A stretch of 64,000 nt of DNA from Verrucomicrobiota bacterium (GCA_034440155.1 JAWXBN010000053.1:20031-84030), one strand, 5' to 3'; shown: positions 19,436 to 29,293, numbered from the stretch's first letter. Notes: a model not told the origin generated them from the sequence alone. Translations and numbers: made by a program.

Positions 19436-20647
19436 TTATTGATGCAGAAGCTTCCAAGCATTCCGCGCGATAATCGTTTCTTCCGATGTCGGGATCAACA
19501 TGATGCGCGTTTTACTCGAAGGCTTCGAGAGCGTTACTTCCGTTTTGGGTGCTGTTTTATTAGTTTCTAAGTCGAGCTCAATCCCGAGCCCGTCGAGACC
19601 CGCGCAAATTGCTTCACGCAGCCAAGGGTTATTTTCGGCAATACCGGCTGTGAAGATCAATACATCACAACCACCAAGCTCGACAAGGAATTGACCGATA
19701 TAATTCCGAATATTCTTCACCAGGACTTTCAGTGCCATTTGCGCATCCACGCTTCCTTCATCAGCAGCCTTCAAGACATCGCGCAAATCCCCTGTGGGTG
19801 TGCCCGCCATTCCTTTGAGTCCGGCTTCTTTCATGAGCATTTGCTCTACTTTTTCCACGCCCAAACCCAGGTCGCGGATCAGGTAGATCAGTGCAAAGCT
19901 ATCAAAGTCACCGACACGGTTATTTTGGGGCAAACCACTCTGCGGTGTCATTCCCCAACTCGAATCCACAGCCACACCACCCTTGACCGCAGCAATCGAT
20001 GAACTCCCCCCCAAATGGCAGGAAATCATCCGCAAATTGCCCGCACCTAAAATCTCGGCGGCACGCTCAGTCACAAACCGGTGGCTGGCTCCATGGAACC
20101 CGTTGCGGCGAATCCCGTATTTATCATGCCACTCTTGAGGAATGGCAAATCGGGTATTCTGCTCGGGAACATGGTCGTAGAAGGCTGTTTCGAATGTACC
20201 GACACAGGGAATCTCTGGATAGTCCTTCTGAAAAAGACGCACCGCATTTACATACGGCGGATTATGCGCGGGCAGGAGGGTATAGATTTCCTCCATGGCC
20301 TTGAGCACATCCTCGGTCATTTCCACAGTCCCACTGATTCCCTTGGCCATTACCGGTTTGAACCCAATCGCTTTGACTTCGTCCATGGAGGTAATCACAC
20401 CTTCCTCGGTATCCATCATGGATTCAAAAGCCATATGAATGGCGGTCGGATAATCTGGAATCGGACAGGTTTTCTTCTGCGCTATCCCGCCCATCTTTTG
20501 ATAAGAATAGATACCGTCCTGCGAACCAATCCGTTCCACCCCTCCTTTACAGAGGAAAGTCTCATCGGGCATCGAAAATACAACGAATTTGAACGAAGTA
20601 CTTCCAATATTGGCTACGAGTATTTTATTTTTTTGCACGGACGACAT
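19436..20647 (-). CDS. ackA: acetate/propionate kinase
   Basis: 403 aa. ILVANIGSTSFKF N-terminal ATPase motif and ASKHH-family core. Confidence 0.9.
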   Translation of the reverse strand: MSSVQKNKILVANIGSTSFKFVVFSMPDETFLCKGGVERIGSQDGIYSYQKMGGIAQKKTCPIPDYPTAIHMAFESMMDTEEGVITSMDEVKAIGFKPVMAKGISGTVEMTEDVLKAMEEIYTLLPAHNPPYVNAVRLFQKDYPEIPCVGTFETAFYDHVPEQNTRFAIPQEWHDKYGIRRNGFHGASHRFVTERAAEILGAGNLRMISCHLGGSSSIAAVKGGVAVDSSWGMTPQSGLPQNNRVGDFDSFALIYLIRDLGLGVEKVEQMLMKEAGLKGMAGTPTGDLRDVLKAADEGSVDAQMALKVLVKNIRNYIGQFLVELGGCDVLIFTAGIAENNPWLREAICAGLDGLGIELDLETNKTAPKTEVTLSKPSSKTRIMLIPTSEETIIARNAWKLLHQ

Positions 20648-20725
20648 AGGGATATCTATCGATCTAATATTTTATGTGTGTAAAAAGGTTCCCGCCTAGA
20701 AATAACGAATCCGGCGGAAAATCCC

Positions 20726-21019
20726 TTATTTGGCTGCGGTAGCTCCACCGATCCATTTACCCATTCCAGCGAGTTCATCATGCGGACGGGGGATGACATG
20801 GACAGCGACGACTTCACCGACAGCGGCAGCGGCGGTGGCCCCTGCTTCGATAGCGGCTTTAACAGCAGCGACATCACCCTTTACAAAAGCCGTGACATTT
20901 CCTGAGCCGATCTTTTCCCAACCAACGATCTGGACATTGGCGGATTTGAGCATTTCATCGGTCGCTTCGAGTAATGCGACCAATCCTTTTGTTTCAACCA
21001 TACCTAGAGCTTGTGACAT
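20726..21019 (-). CDS. BMC hexamer shell protein (BMC-H)
   Basis: 97 aa. [34 protein letters not shown]... Confidence 0.9.
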   Translation of the reverse strand: MSQALGMVETKGLVALLEATDEMLKSANVQIVGWEKIGSGNVTAFVKGDVAAVKAAIEAGATAAAAVGEVVAVHVIPRPHDELAGMGKWIGGATAAK

Positions 21020-21045
21020 AAATTTCTTTTCTCCGTATTTTAAAA

Positions 21046-21315
21046 TTAAGCGATATAAACCTTGAGCAGATCCGGATGGGGATTTGCGATGACATGACTG
21101 GCGACCAGTGTTCCAATGCGTTGAACCACTTCGCGCCCGGAATCAACTGCAGCTTTAACACTGCCTACATCTCCGCGGACAACGACAGTGACCATAGCAC
21201 CACCGATTTGGATCATTTTGACGAATTCGACATTCGCCGCCTTACACATGGCGTCTGTCGCCTCGGCGAGGCCGACGTAACCTTTAGTTTCGAGTAGTCC
21301 GATTGCTTGACTCAT
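21046..21315 (-). CDS. BMC hexamer shell protein (BMC-H)
   Basis: 89 aa. [34 protein letters not shown]... Confidence 0.9.
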   Translation of the reverse strand: MSQAIGLLETKGYVGLAEATDAMCKAANVEFVKMIQIGGAMVTVVVRGDVGSVKAAVDSGREVVQRIGTLVASHVIANPHPDLLKVYIA

Positions 21316-21376
21316 ATTTTCCTTCTTTTCTTTGGGTTTGGGTTAGATTGTTTATTTTGTGTGTTAAAATCTTCGA

Positions 21377-22054
21377 TTAGACGAGCTCTACCTGTTCCGC
21401 CCTGTCGAGATCACAGGCATTTGCCTCATCGGTATCGATGTGGACCTCGAGTTTAAATGAGGGATCTACACGCACGAGCATGTCTTCAAAAACGGTCGTA
21501 CATTTAGGGGCTGTGATCCGCAGTTTCATATTATCCAAGTGTTTGACACCGTAAAACTCCGCATCAGATGGGCTCATATGAACATGGCGTGAGGCACGGA
21601 TAATCCCATCGGGCATTTCCCACGAGCCTTTCGGCCCGATCAATATCCCGCTGGTAGTCCCTGAAATATCCGCGGACATCCGGACGGGAATATCTAACCC
21701 GAGCTGGATCGAATCGCTGTAAGCAAGCTCGACTTGGTTAAGATTCCGGCATGGCCCGAGAATGCGGAGATTCGGGATGATCCTTTTCTTCGGCCCGATC
21801 AAAGTAACGGTTTCATTCGCCGCAAATTGCCCTTCTTGGTAAAGCCATTTGAAAACGGTGAGCTTGTGCCCGGCACCAAAAAGTTTTTCGACGGCTTCCT
21901 GAGTAAGATGGCAGTGGCGCGCGGAAGAATTTACGACTAATAATGGAACAGTTTTACCCGTCCTCGATGCAGCACCTGCTAATTGATTTTTCAGCGCCTG
22001 GCGGACGAGTTGCTCGACAGTGCCACGATCATAACTTGGATTCCCCTTAATCAT
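21377..22054 (-). CDS. pduL: phosphate propanoyl/acyltransferase PduL with N-terminal encapsulation peptide
   Basis: 225 aa. Two PduL repeats with SARHxHL-type motifs (VNSSARHCHL, IIRASRHVHM). N-terminal helix GTVEQLVRQALKNQL plus linker. Confidence 0.85.
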   Translation of the reverse strand: MIKGNPSYDRGTVEQLVRQALKNQLAGAASRTGKTVPLLVVNSSARHCHLTQEAVEKLFGAGHKLTVFKWLYQEGQFAANETVTLIGPKKRIIPNLRILGPCRNLNQVELAYSDSIQLGLDIPVRMSADISGTTSGILIGPKGSWEMPDGIIRASRHVHMSPSDAEFYGVKHLDNMKLRITAPKCTTVFEDMLVRVDPSFKLEVHIDTDEANACDLDRAEQVELV

Positions 22055-22866
22055 GCGATCGACTCCTTCTGGGTTAAATTTCTCTTAGATCCCTGTACTG
22101 CGACAACCACCTGGACGCCGGTCCGCTTGACCATTTTAAGGTGTTCGTCAGGAATGCCCTCAGAGGTGATCCAGTAATCAAAATCTTCAAATTGGGCAAA
22201 TGCCACAGGGCGATTCTGCCCCCATTTTGAGGCGTCCACCACCAAAATCGTCTTTTCGGCCCGTTTCATGAAAAGCTTTTTCATCTGTGCCTCGGTAAGC
22301 TCTGTGGTTGTGGCACCCCGTTCAAGCGAAAGCCCCGATGAACTCAAAATGGCGAAATCCGCAGATAATTGCTCCATCCATTGCGTGGAAAGCTCCCCAA
22401 CCAAAGCTTGGTTCACCACGCGCAATTGTCCCCCGATACAAATCACTTGGGCTTGGGTGCTATGCGCCGCGGTTAAAAGGGGAATGGAATTGGTAATAAT
22501 CGTTAAATCCTTCCGCCGTAAAAGGCGGCGACCAATCTCCATACATGTCGAACCGGAATCCACAAATACAGAGGAATTTGATGGAATAAGATCAATAACC
22601 GTATCGGCAATGGCCTGTTTGTCCAGACGGTTCTCCTGGGCTTTCTGTTCGTAACTGGGTTCCCCATTGAAATAGGATGGATGCATGACCCCACCATGAA
22701 TCCTGATTAATTTACCCGATTCCTCCAGCTCTGTGAGGTCACGGCGCAGGGTTGCAGGGGAAACCCCCAAGGCTTTCTCAAGGGTCTGCACACTCAGACG
22801 GCCCTTCCGGTCGAGAAGCGAAGTTATTTTTTGAAAGCGCTCGTGAGCGAACATGAGCGAATTCAA
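22051..22866 (-). CDS. DeoR/GlpR-family transcriptional regulator
   Basis: 271 aa. N-terminal HTH (LSVQTLEKALGVSPATLRRDLTELEE) plus sugar-phosphate-binding C-terminal domain. TTG start at 22866 or ATG at 22854. Confidence 0.85.
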   Translation of the reverse strand: MNSLMFAHERFQKITSLLDRKGRLSVQTLEKALGVSPATLRRDLTELEESGKLIRIHGGVMHPSYFNGEPSYEQKAQENRLDKQAIADTVIDLIPSNSSVFVDSGSTCMEIGRRLLRRKDLTIITNSIPLLTAAHSTQAQVICIGGQLRVVNQALVGELSTQWMEQLSADFAILSSSGLSLERGATTTELTEAQMKKLFMKRAEKTILVVDASKWGQNRPVAFAQFEDFDYWITSEGIPDEHLKMVKRTGVQVVVAVQGSKRNLTQKESIA

Positions 22867-22878
22867 GCAATTCGCTCA
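22854..22878. promoter_or_regulatory. perfect 10-bp inverted repeat (TGAGCGAATT-N5-AATTCGCTCA) overlapping the DeoR start; a third TGAGCGAA copy lies 10 bp downstream
   Basis: Read directly from the sequence at 22841-22880: cgTGAGCGAAcaTGAGCGAATTcaagcAATTCGCTCAcg. Confidence 0.5.
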
Positions 22879-22948
22879 CGCCCCGTCAAGAGCAATTTTA
22901 TATTTTTTTCTGAACAAAATCGATTGTTGTCCTCAATATACCAAAAAA

Positions 22949-25900
22949 TCAGTCTACCTTCAGGATGACTTCCGAGAGGATAATCGAGAGTTCCGCTAGA
23001 CGATAAGGCTTTGGTAAAGCCGCTTTAAAGCCCATTTGGGAAAAACTCATCATTGTTTCTTCTTCCGAATACCCGCTGGAAGCAATCGCCCTCACCTCCG
23101 GATCAATCTGCTTCAATCGCCTGAGGGTTTCGACGCCACCAATGCCTCCTTGGATCGTCAAGTCCAGAATTAAGGCATCAACCCGGGTTCCATTTGCTTT
23201 AAGCTTTAAAAACGCCTCTACACAATCTTCTCCGTGAGATGTTTTGACCGCCTGATACCCGAGCACCTCGATAGTTTCCGCCAAAGTATTCAGGATCATC
23301 TCATTATCATCCATAATCACAATCAATCCCTGTCCCTCGATCACATTCTCGGACATCCTGCGGGGGGATGTATCCTGACTATCCGTAGCTGGTAAGGTCA
23401 CAGAAAAAACAGTTCCCTTTGTGGATGAAGAGGAGAACTGGATGCTTCCCCCGTGTTTACCGATAATCGAATGGCTAATGGCCAACCCCAATCCTGTGCC
23501 ATTTTTCTTGGTGGTGAAATAAGGGTTAAAGATATTCCTTTGAACTTCCCTCGGGATACCCGGCCCATTATCGGCCACTGAAAATGAAACAAATTTAGTC
23601 ACCTGATTGCCCGTGGAGGGTAACTCGATATTCTCCGCATAGACCTTGATTTTTCCACCTTCACCGAGCACCTGCCGTGCATTCAGTGCGAGATTGTATA
23701 TAACCTGTTTGATCTGGCCTTCATCGGCATTCACACGGAATAAATCATCAGGAATATTGTATTCGCAAGCAATTTGCGAACCCCGGAGCGCAAACCGGGA
23801 GGCTTCCGTGAGTAATTCTGCTAAGCTGGTTACCTGTTTGATTGGTGCCCCCCCTCGCGCAAAAGTCAGGAGCTGCTTGGTTAATTGCTGGGCTTCATCA
23901 CAAACTTTGAGGATATCATCGAGATACTCCCGTGTTTTAGACTGGATAACCTCTTGATTTTTCACTAAGGAGGCATTCATCACGATCGTCGACAAGAAGT
24001 TATTGAAATCATGGGCTATACCCCCTGCCAAAATCCCGACTGACTCGAGCCTTTGATTCCGTTCATTCCTTTCATCCTCACGTTTTTTATCGGAGATGGC
24101 ATGAATAAAAAGGATAATTCTGAAAACCTCGCCTTGGGAATTATAAATAGGGCTAAACCGTGTATGCCACCAGAAAAGATCGTCCTCCCCCGTGATCGAC
24201 AGCTCCGCCTCGCATGTCTCCTGTTTCAGCAAACACTCTTCCAGAAGTGCAAACAACCCGTCTCCCGCTTCCTGCGGGAGGAGCCGCCTACATTCATAAA
24301 CGTCGTTTTCCAGCAAGATGTGACAATTCTCCGTGTCGACAACCTTCCTGAACGCGTTATTCAGTGCGACACAATGTAAACTCCCATCATCATTCTTCTC
24401 AATGACTGCCAACATGGTATCTACCCCGTCAAAGATCGATTTAAAGAAAGCTTCACTCTGGATAAGCTGTTCCTCGGCAGACTTTTTATCTGTGATATCA
24501 TGGGCGATTCCTGCCACTCGCCGCACGTTTCCGTCATCATCACGGATGGGGTAACCCCTATCCCTAATCCACCGGACGGATCCGTCAGCCATGACTATCC
24601 GGTACTCCTTGTCGTAAAGGACATCCTTCCCCTGCTGGATCGACATTTTTACTACCCAAGGGCGGTCATCGGGATGGATGGCCTCCAACCAATCGAGCGG
24701 GTCTTTAAGTAGTTTGTCTACCGATCTCCCCCAGACCTTCTCATACGATGGGTTCACATAGACCATCAGGTCGGTCTTCGCATCCCATATCCAGAAAACA
24801 TCATAGATATTTTCCGTAATCTGAAGGAACCGCTCTTCATTTTCTTTAAGCTTTTCCTCTATGATTTTTCTCTCTGTGATGTCTAGGGCAAACCACACCG
24901 TATAAATATTCTCAGGATTACTCTCGACTAAATCACTCCCGATCAGTGCCATGGCCAAGGCCCCGTCTTTACGGATGAACTCCTGTTCGATCAACGTCGG
25001 CCCCCCTTCATTATTCCTCTCCCTGACAAACTCATGGGTCTGACCAGGCCGTTTCATCATGAGGGAATCAATTTTGAGTCTGCCCGCTTGGATATCCTCA
25101 TGGCTGTAACCCGTCATTTTTAGGAAATATTCATTACAATCCCGGATCACCCCTTTTGCCCCCGTGAAAAAGACACCGACAAGATCAGACTCAAAAACCT
25201 TTCTGAACCGGGATTCATTTTCCTTGAGGGCATTTTGTGTCTTGACCCTATTAGACACATCACGACTGCTGCAAACAAGATGCATTTCATCATCACCCTG
25301 GGCAGAAAGCGATTTTATAGTGGACTCTAGCCACTTATAGTCACCCCCTTTACAGGCAAACCGATAGGTAACACTACAAGCACTTAACTCATCCTTGAGC
25401 ATGGAGAAATGCTGTCCAACAAGTATTTGCTCATCCGGATGAACAAACTCCATGATCTTCTGACCAATTAACTCTTCTGGATCATGACCGATTATCACAC
25501 TACACGAAGGCGAAACATATTGAAGGGTCAAATCCTCATCTAAAAGACAAATCATGTCCGAGGAATGCTCGGCAAGCAAACGGTAACGGGCTTCACTTGC
25601 AAGGGAGGCTTCCTCCGCCGTTTTCCTTTCGGTGATATCCCTGCACAAACCGATCACTTGACACACAGCACCTCCACTATCCCTCTTAAAAACCGCCTCA
25701 CTACTGCGGAACCAGCGGAATCCGCCCCCTTTAAGGATCATACGGTACTCCATATCGATCACATCACCGTCATTGAGTCCGAGATACAGACCCTGGTGCT
25801 CGATAAATGCCGGATAATCATCGGGATAAATCACTGTTTCTATTACTTTAGTTCCCATTTCGATAATCTCTTCCGGTGTGTAGCCCGCCCGGTCAAAAAT

Positions 25901-26431
25901 GCTCCGGTTACAAAAAATATTCTTCCTTTCGATGCTATCAAAAATATACAGGATATCCGGGACTGTATGATTAATCCTTTCCGCAAATTCCTTACTACTG
26001 AAAAGTTCATTCTCGGTATTCTTGCGGGCTGTAATATCCTTGGCGAATACCAATCGTGCTTTTACACCATTAAAAACAAACTCATGGGACTCCACCTCGA
26101 CCCAGATAACCGTCCCATCTTTCTTGAGATGTTTCCATTCAGCTTCATGGGTAAATTTTTGTAAGGCCTCGGTGAGGAATTCCTTGAGGACAAGCACATC
26201 TTCCGCATGCCTGATATCAAAAATAGTCATCGATGAAAATTCTTCTTTGGAATAACCGTATTGGCGGACAGCGGCAGGGTTCACGTCCTGGAATCGAAAT
26301 GTCCCGACGTCATAAATATACATCGGCAAAGGGTTACACTCAAAAATCAAACGGAATGAGTCAGGACCAAAATTTTGCAGGGTTTGGTCCTGATCTTGAT
26401 TACCCGGCAGAGGCTTTTTATCTTCTGGCAT
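22949..26431 (-). CDS. hybrid sensor histidine kinase: multiple PAS/PAC domains, HisKA, HATPase_c, C-terminal receiver
   Basis: 1160 aa. At least four PAS-like blocks, H-box GGIAHDFNNFLSTI, G-boxes (GTGLGLAISHSII), receiver with DD...D...K (IMDDNE...LILDL...K). Confidence 0.85.
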   Translation of the reverse strand: MPEDKKPLPGNQDQDQTLQNFGPDSFRLIFECNPLPMYIYDVGTFRFQDVNPAAVRQYGYSKEEFSSMTIFDIRHAEDVLVLKEFLTEALQKFTHEAEWKHLKKDGTVIWVEVESHEFVFNGVKARLVFAKDITARKNTENELFSSKEFAERINHTVPDILYIFDSIERKNIFCNRSIFDRAGYTPEEIIEMGTKVIETVIYPDDYPAFIEHQGLYLGLNDGDVIDMEYRMILKGGGFRWFRSSEAVFKRDSGGAVCQVIGLCRDITERKTAEEASLASEARYRLLAEHSSDMICLLDEDLTLQYVSPSCSVIIGHDPEELIGQKIMEFVHPDEQILVGQHFSMLKDELSACSVTYRFACKGGDYKWLESTIKSLSAQGDDEMHLVCSSRDVSNRVKTQNALKENESRFRKVFESDLVGVFFTGAKGVIRDCNEYFLKMTGYSHEDIQAGRLKIDSLMMKRPGQTHEFVRERNNEGGPTLIEQEFIRKDGALAMALIGSDLVESNPENIYTVWFALDITERKIIEEKLKENEERFLQITENIYDVFWIWDAKTDLMVYVNPSYEKVWGRSVDKLLKDPLDWLEAIHPDDRPWVVKMSIQQGKDVLYDKEYRIVMADGSVRWIRDRGYPIRDDDGNVRRVAGIAHDITDKKSAEEQLIQSEAFFKSIFDGVDTMLAVIEKNDDGSLHCVALNNAFRKVVDTENCHILLENDVYECRRLLPQEAGDGLFALLEECLLKQETCEAELSITGEDDLFWWHTRFSPIYNSQGEVFRIILFIHAISDKKREDERNERNQRLESVGILAGGIAHDFNNFLSTIVMNASLVKNQEVIQSKTREYLDDILKVCDEAQQLTKQLLTFARGGAPIKQVTSLAELLTEASRFALRGSQIACEYNIPDDLFRVNADEGQIKQVIYNLALNARQVLGEGGKIKVYAENIELPSTGNQVTKFVSFSVADNGPGIPREVQRNIFNPYFTTKKNGTGLGLAISHSIIGKHGGSIQFSSSSTKGTVFSVTLPATDSQDTSPRRMSENVIEGQGLIVIMDDNEMILNTLAETIEVLGYQAVKTSHGEDCVEAFLKLKANGTRVDALILDLTIQGGIGGVETLRRLKQIDPEVRAIASSGYSEEETMMSFSQMGFKAALPKPYRLAELSIILSEVILKVD

Positions 26432-26493
26432 AGTCTGTCAAAGGCTCCATGTTACCTCTTCATAGGAAAAAATCATCCCAAAAGAAATCTATT

Positions 26494-27480
26494 TTAGTGG
26501 ATTAACCATAACCCGAAACGTAACCACAGGGGAATCGTGACCAAACTCAAGATCGACGTCGTAAAAATCACGCGAAATGCTGTCGGCACATCCCCTTTAT
26601 AATGGCGGGTCATCACTAAGGGAAAAACCCCGGAGCCCATTGCCGCCTGTACCGCGATCACTTGCCTCAGCTCCTCCGACATAGGTAAAAACTTTGCCAC
26701 TATCAGGAAAATCGCCGGCAAAAAAATCAAACGCAGAAACGCCGCACCTAACGAGGTAGAAACCCCCTCTTTCAGGATACCCGGCTGGAAATAGTCATAC
26801 ATCACCGCCCCGATTAAAAGCAGGATCACCGGGATCGCCGCACCTCCCAGCATTTGCATCAGGGTAATACAAGTGACGGGAATGTGACTCCTCTCTACTA
26901 ATAAATTCAGTATCAACCCCAAAAAAATTGCGATCAGCGGTCCGCTGAAAAGACGGCGCCATTCTTTAAAAGGATTTGCCCCGGTTAACAGACTGATCCC
27001 GACCGTCCAAATCGCAACATCCACCCCGAGATTAAATACAAAAAGTACCCCCAAGGTTTTTACCCCGAAAAAATCCATGATCAAGGGTATCGGGATGTAA
27101 CCAAAATTAAACACCCCGACAGTCATCGCAAAAGTGCGCCTTTTAAACTCTTTATCGAGCCCTAGCCACCGACTCGACACATAGGCTACAAGGAACCCGA
27201 TTGCCGCCGCAAAAAAACCCAAGACTGGCGGCAAGAAAAGATTCTCCGCTGAGTCCAAAGCTTTATTTCCGATGATTTTCTCTAGGATCAAGCAGGGGAA
27301 AAGCAGGTTAATCGCCAGTTTCATCAGCGTGTCATCAGCCTGCTTATTTAGCCATCCACGGGCGCGCACACCGGCACCCAGGATCATAATCAGGAAAATC
27401 GGCATCACCGATTCGAGTATGCGCAAATAGTCCGCCATAATAACCACCCCATTAATCCCCTGATTTATCCACCCTGACAA
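26494..27480 (-). CDS. AEC-family (auxin efflux carrier-like) membrane transporter
   Basis: 328 aa, about 10 TM. Two-repeat architecture typical of PF03547. Start may be the internal MADYLRIL. Confidence 0.6.
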   Translation of the reverse strand: MSGWINQGINGVVIMADYLRILESVMPIFLIMILGAGVRARGWLNKQADDTLMKLAINLLFPCLILEKIIGNKALDSAENLFLPPVLGFFAAAIGFLVAYVSSRWLGLDKEFKRRTFAMTVGVFNFGYIPIPLIMDFFGVKTLGVLFVFNLGVDVAIWTVGISLLTGANPFKEWRRLFSGPLIAIFLGLILNLLVERSHIPVTCITLMQMLGGAAIPVILLLIGAVMYDYFQPGILKEGVSTSLGAAFLRLIFLPAIFLIVAKFLPMSEELRQVIAVQAAMGSGVFPLVMTRHYKGDVPTAFRVIFTTSILSLVTIPLWLRFGLWLIH

Positions 27481-27635
27481 GCTGATTCACTTCCCACTTT
27501 GGAAAAACAGGACAGAATCTTTCCTGAATCCCCCCCGGCGGCTGCCACTTTTTTTTTTGCATGCTTGCCATCCCCTTTCGAACAGGGCTATTCTTCGCCC
27601 GATCAATCATGTCCTATTAACCCTTTGAACCAAAG

Positions 27636-28601
27636 GTGAATCTTATGAATACCGATCTGCACACATGGAAAACCAAACATGGCCAAATCATCATCTCTCC
27701 CGAACGCGCCCGCGTCATCCAAGCACAGGTGGGTAGCAATGACCTTTTATGGATGAATGCCTTTTGGCGGCAGGGATGGAATGTCGGTGGTGACCGCCTC
27801 TGGGTGGGACCGGAGACTGACTGGTTCTGGAAAGTCAAAGATGATCCCGATTTTTCAAAGTATGAGGTTCAGAAACCCCTCGACAGTGACAACTGGAATA
27901 TCACCCAATTAGATAAAGATGTCTGTCATCTCTCCAAAATGATTACGCTCAAGCACCAGCATGATAAAAGCTCCATCAAACTCGCCTTCACCCGCAGTTT
28001 TCTACTCAATGACATGGAAGCCCCCTATTTCGAGAAATTCGTCTCTTACACGAGTAATAATACCCTCGAAATCCGTAAGGGCAAAGTCGGCCAACAAGTC
28101 GATCTCTGGGCCATCCTCCAGGTCCCAGCTGGGGGCATCGTTTATATCCCCGTCCGCGGCGATGGCGAGATCCGTAATTATTTTGATCCGATCACCGACG
28201 ACCTCTGGGAGAAACGTAAACGCGTCATTGCTTTTGAGATTACCGGTAAACAACAATATAAAGTCGGTATCTCCCCTTCCAGCAGCCGAGGCCGATACGC
28301 CTACGTACGCGAGTTTGGCGATGATTACCTAGTCGTTTACCGCGAATACTTTAACCAACCATGGCGCGAATACTGTGACTCGCCCTTGAGTGAGCCCGAC
28401 ACACAAGGCGACTCTCTCCAGGTTTATAATGACAATGGTGATTTCGGCGGTTTCGGCGAGATCCAGCACCACACTCCCGGACTCCGTGTTGATGGTTATT
28501 TCGACCACCTGAGCAATAGCTACCTCACCATTGCTGGTATCGTCAAAGAAAAACAATGGTCCAAGTGGTATAATTACTGGCTCCTCGGTGAGGATGATTA
28601 A
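27636..28601 (+). CDS. hypothetical protein
   Basis: 321-aa ORF with good coding periodicity and no recognised family. Only plus-strand gene in a minus-strand neighbourhood. Confidence 0.45.
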   Translation: MNLMNTDLHTWKTKHGQIIISPERARVIQAQVGSNDLLWMNAFWRQGWNVGGDRLWVGPETDWFWKVKDDPDFSKYEVQKPLDSDNWNITQLDKDVCHLSKMITLKHQHDKSSIKLAFTRSFLLNDMEAPYFEKFVSYTSNNTLEIRKGKVGQQVDLWAILQVPAGGIVYIPVRGDGEIRNYFDPITDDLWEKRKRVIAFEITGKQQYKVGISPSSSRGRYAYVREFGDDYLVVYREYFNQPWREYCDSPLSEPDTQGDSLQVYNDNGDFGGFGEIQHHTPGLRVDGYFDHLSNSYLTIAGIVKEKQWSKWYNYWLLGEDD

Positions 28602-28708
28602 CCCTTGCCGGGTTAATCACTCAAGGCGGGAGCATCTTTTTTTTTCGTGAAGGACCTGAAGGGGATAATACACCATTCATTCCGAATAGCACCTATCTCC
28701 GCTCAGGG

Positions 28709-29293
28709 TCACTGCGTGTGATCCGTCGTTTCCCATCCTTCTTCGCTTTTTCCAACGATCCGGTACATGCTTTGCACAAAACCGAATTCGTAAACGTGTG
28801 TGGTGATGTGTTCAAGGGGGATGTCCCGCTCGACCGGACCAAAAAGGGTTTTCCCCTGCCCGATCAGGATGGGGATACGGGTAATGGTCATTTCATCAAT
28901 GAGTCCCGCATCCAGAAAACCTTGAATCGTAAGACCCCCATCAATATACAAATGTTTACTCCCCCCCGCCGATAAACGCGCGACGAGCACCTCTGGAGAC
29001 TCCTTGGAAAGACTCACCGAAGGCAGGACCCCCTGTGGCAGTTCCTTCAAGCCCCGGCTGAGCACCACTACCGGGGTCTGCCCGTATGGCCACTCGGGGA
29101 ATGACAAGACCTGTTCAAATGTCCTACGCCCCATCACCATTGTATCGACCGTGGAGATAAATTCCCAATAACCACAGTCCTCCCCCGGAGGAATGCTGGC
29201 ATTCGCCTGATCTAACCAATCAATCCGTCCATCCTCCCGGGCGATGTAACCATCCAAGCTGGTAGCAATAAAAACAGAGCATTTTGCGCGCAT
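28709..29293 (-). CDS. dihydrofolate reductase-family protein (RibD C-terminal domain-like)
   Basis: 194 aa. MRAKCSVFIATSLDGYIAREDGRIDWL...GRRTFE matches the RibD_C/DHFR-like family. Confidence 0.6.
   Translation of the reverse strand: MRAKCSVFIATSLDGYIAREDGRIDWLDQANASIPPGEDCGYWEFISTVDTMVMGRRTFEQVLSFPEWPYGQTPVVVLSRGLKELPQGVLPSVSLSKESPEVLVARLSAGGSKHLYIDGGLTIQGFLDAGLIDEMTITRIPILIGQGKTLFGPVERDIPLEHITTHVYEFGFVQSMYRIVGKSEEGWETTDHTQ

Noticed and set aside
20081-20683. 200-aa plus-strand ORF
   Set aside because: Antisense to acetate kinase. No recognisable features, His/Arg-rich junk typical of shadow frames.
20648-20725. Possible intra-operon hairpin (CCGCC...GGCGG + UUUUU) between a BMC-H gene and ackA
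   Set aside because: Stem only 5 bp with a 17-nt loop; too weak to call an attenuating terminator without data.
25565-26164. 199-aa plus-strand ORF
   Set aside because: Antisense inside the hybrid histidine kinase gene.
27545-27570. T9 run preceded by GC-rich segment upstream of the 27636 gene
   Set aside because: No convincing stem-loop on either strand, and nothing upstream on the plus strand to terminate.
28602-28660. GC-rich segment followed by T9 after the 27636-28601 gene
   Set aside because: Imperfect complementarity (CCTTGCC/GGCGGG); possible weak terminator but not supportable.
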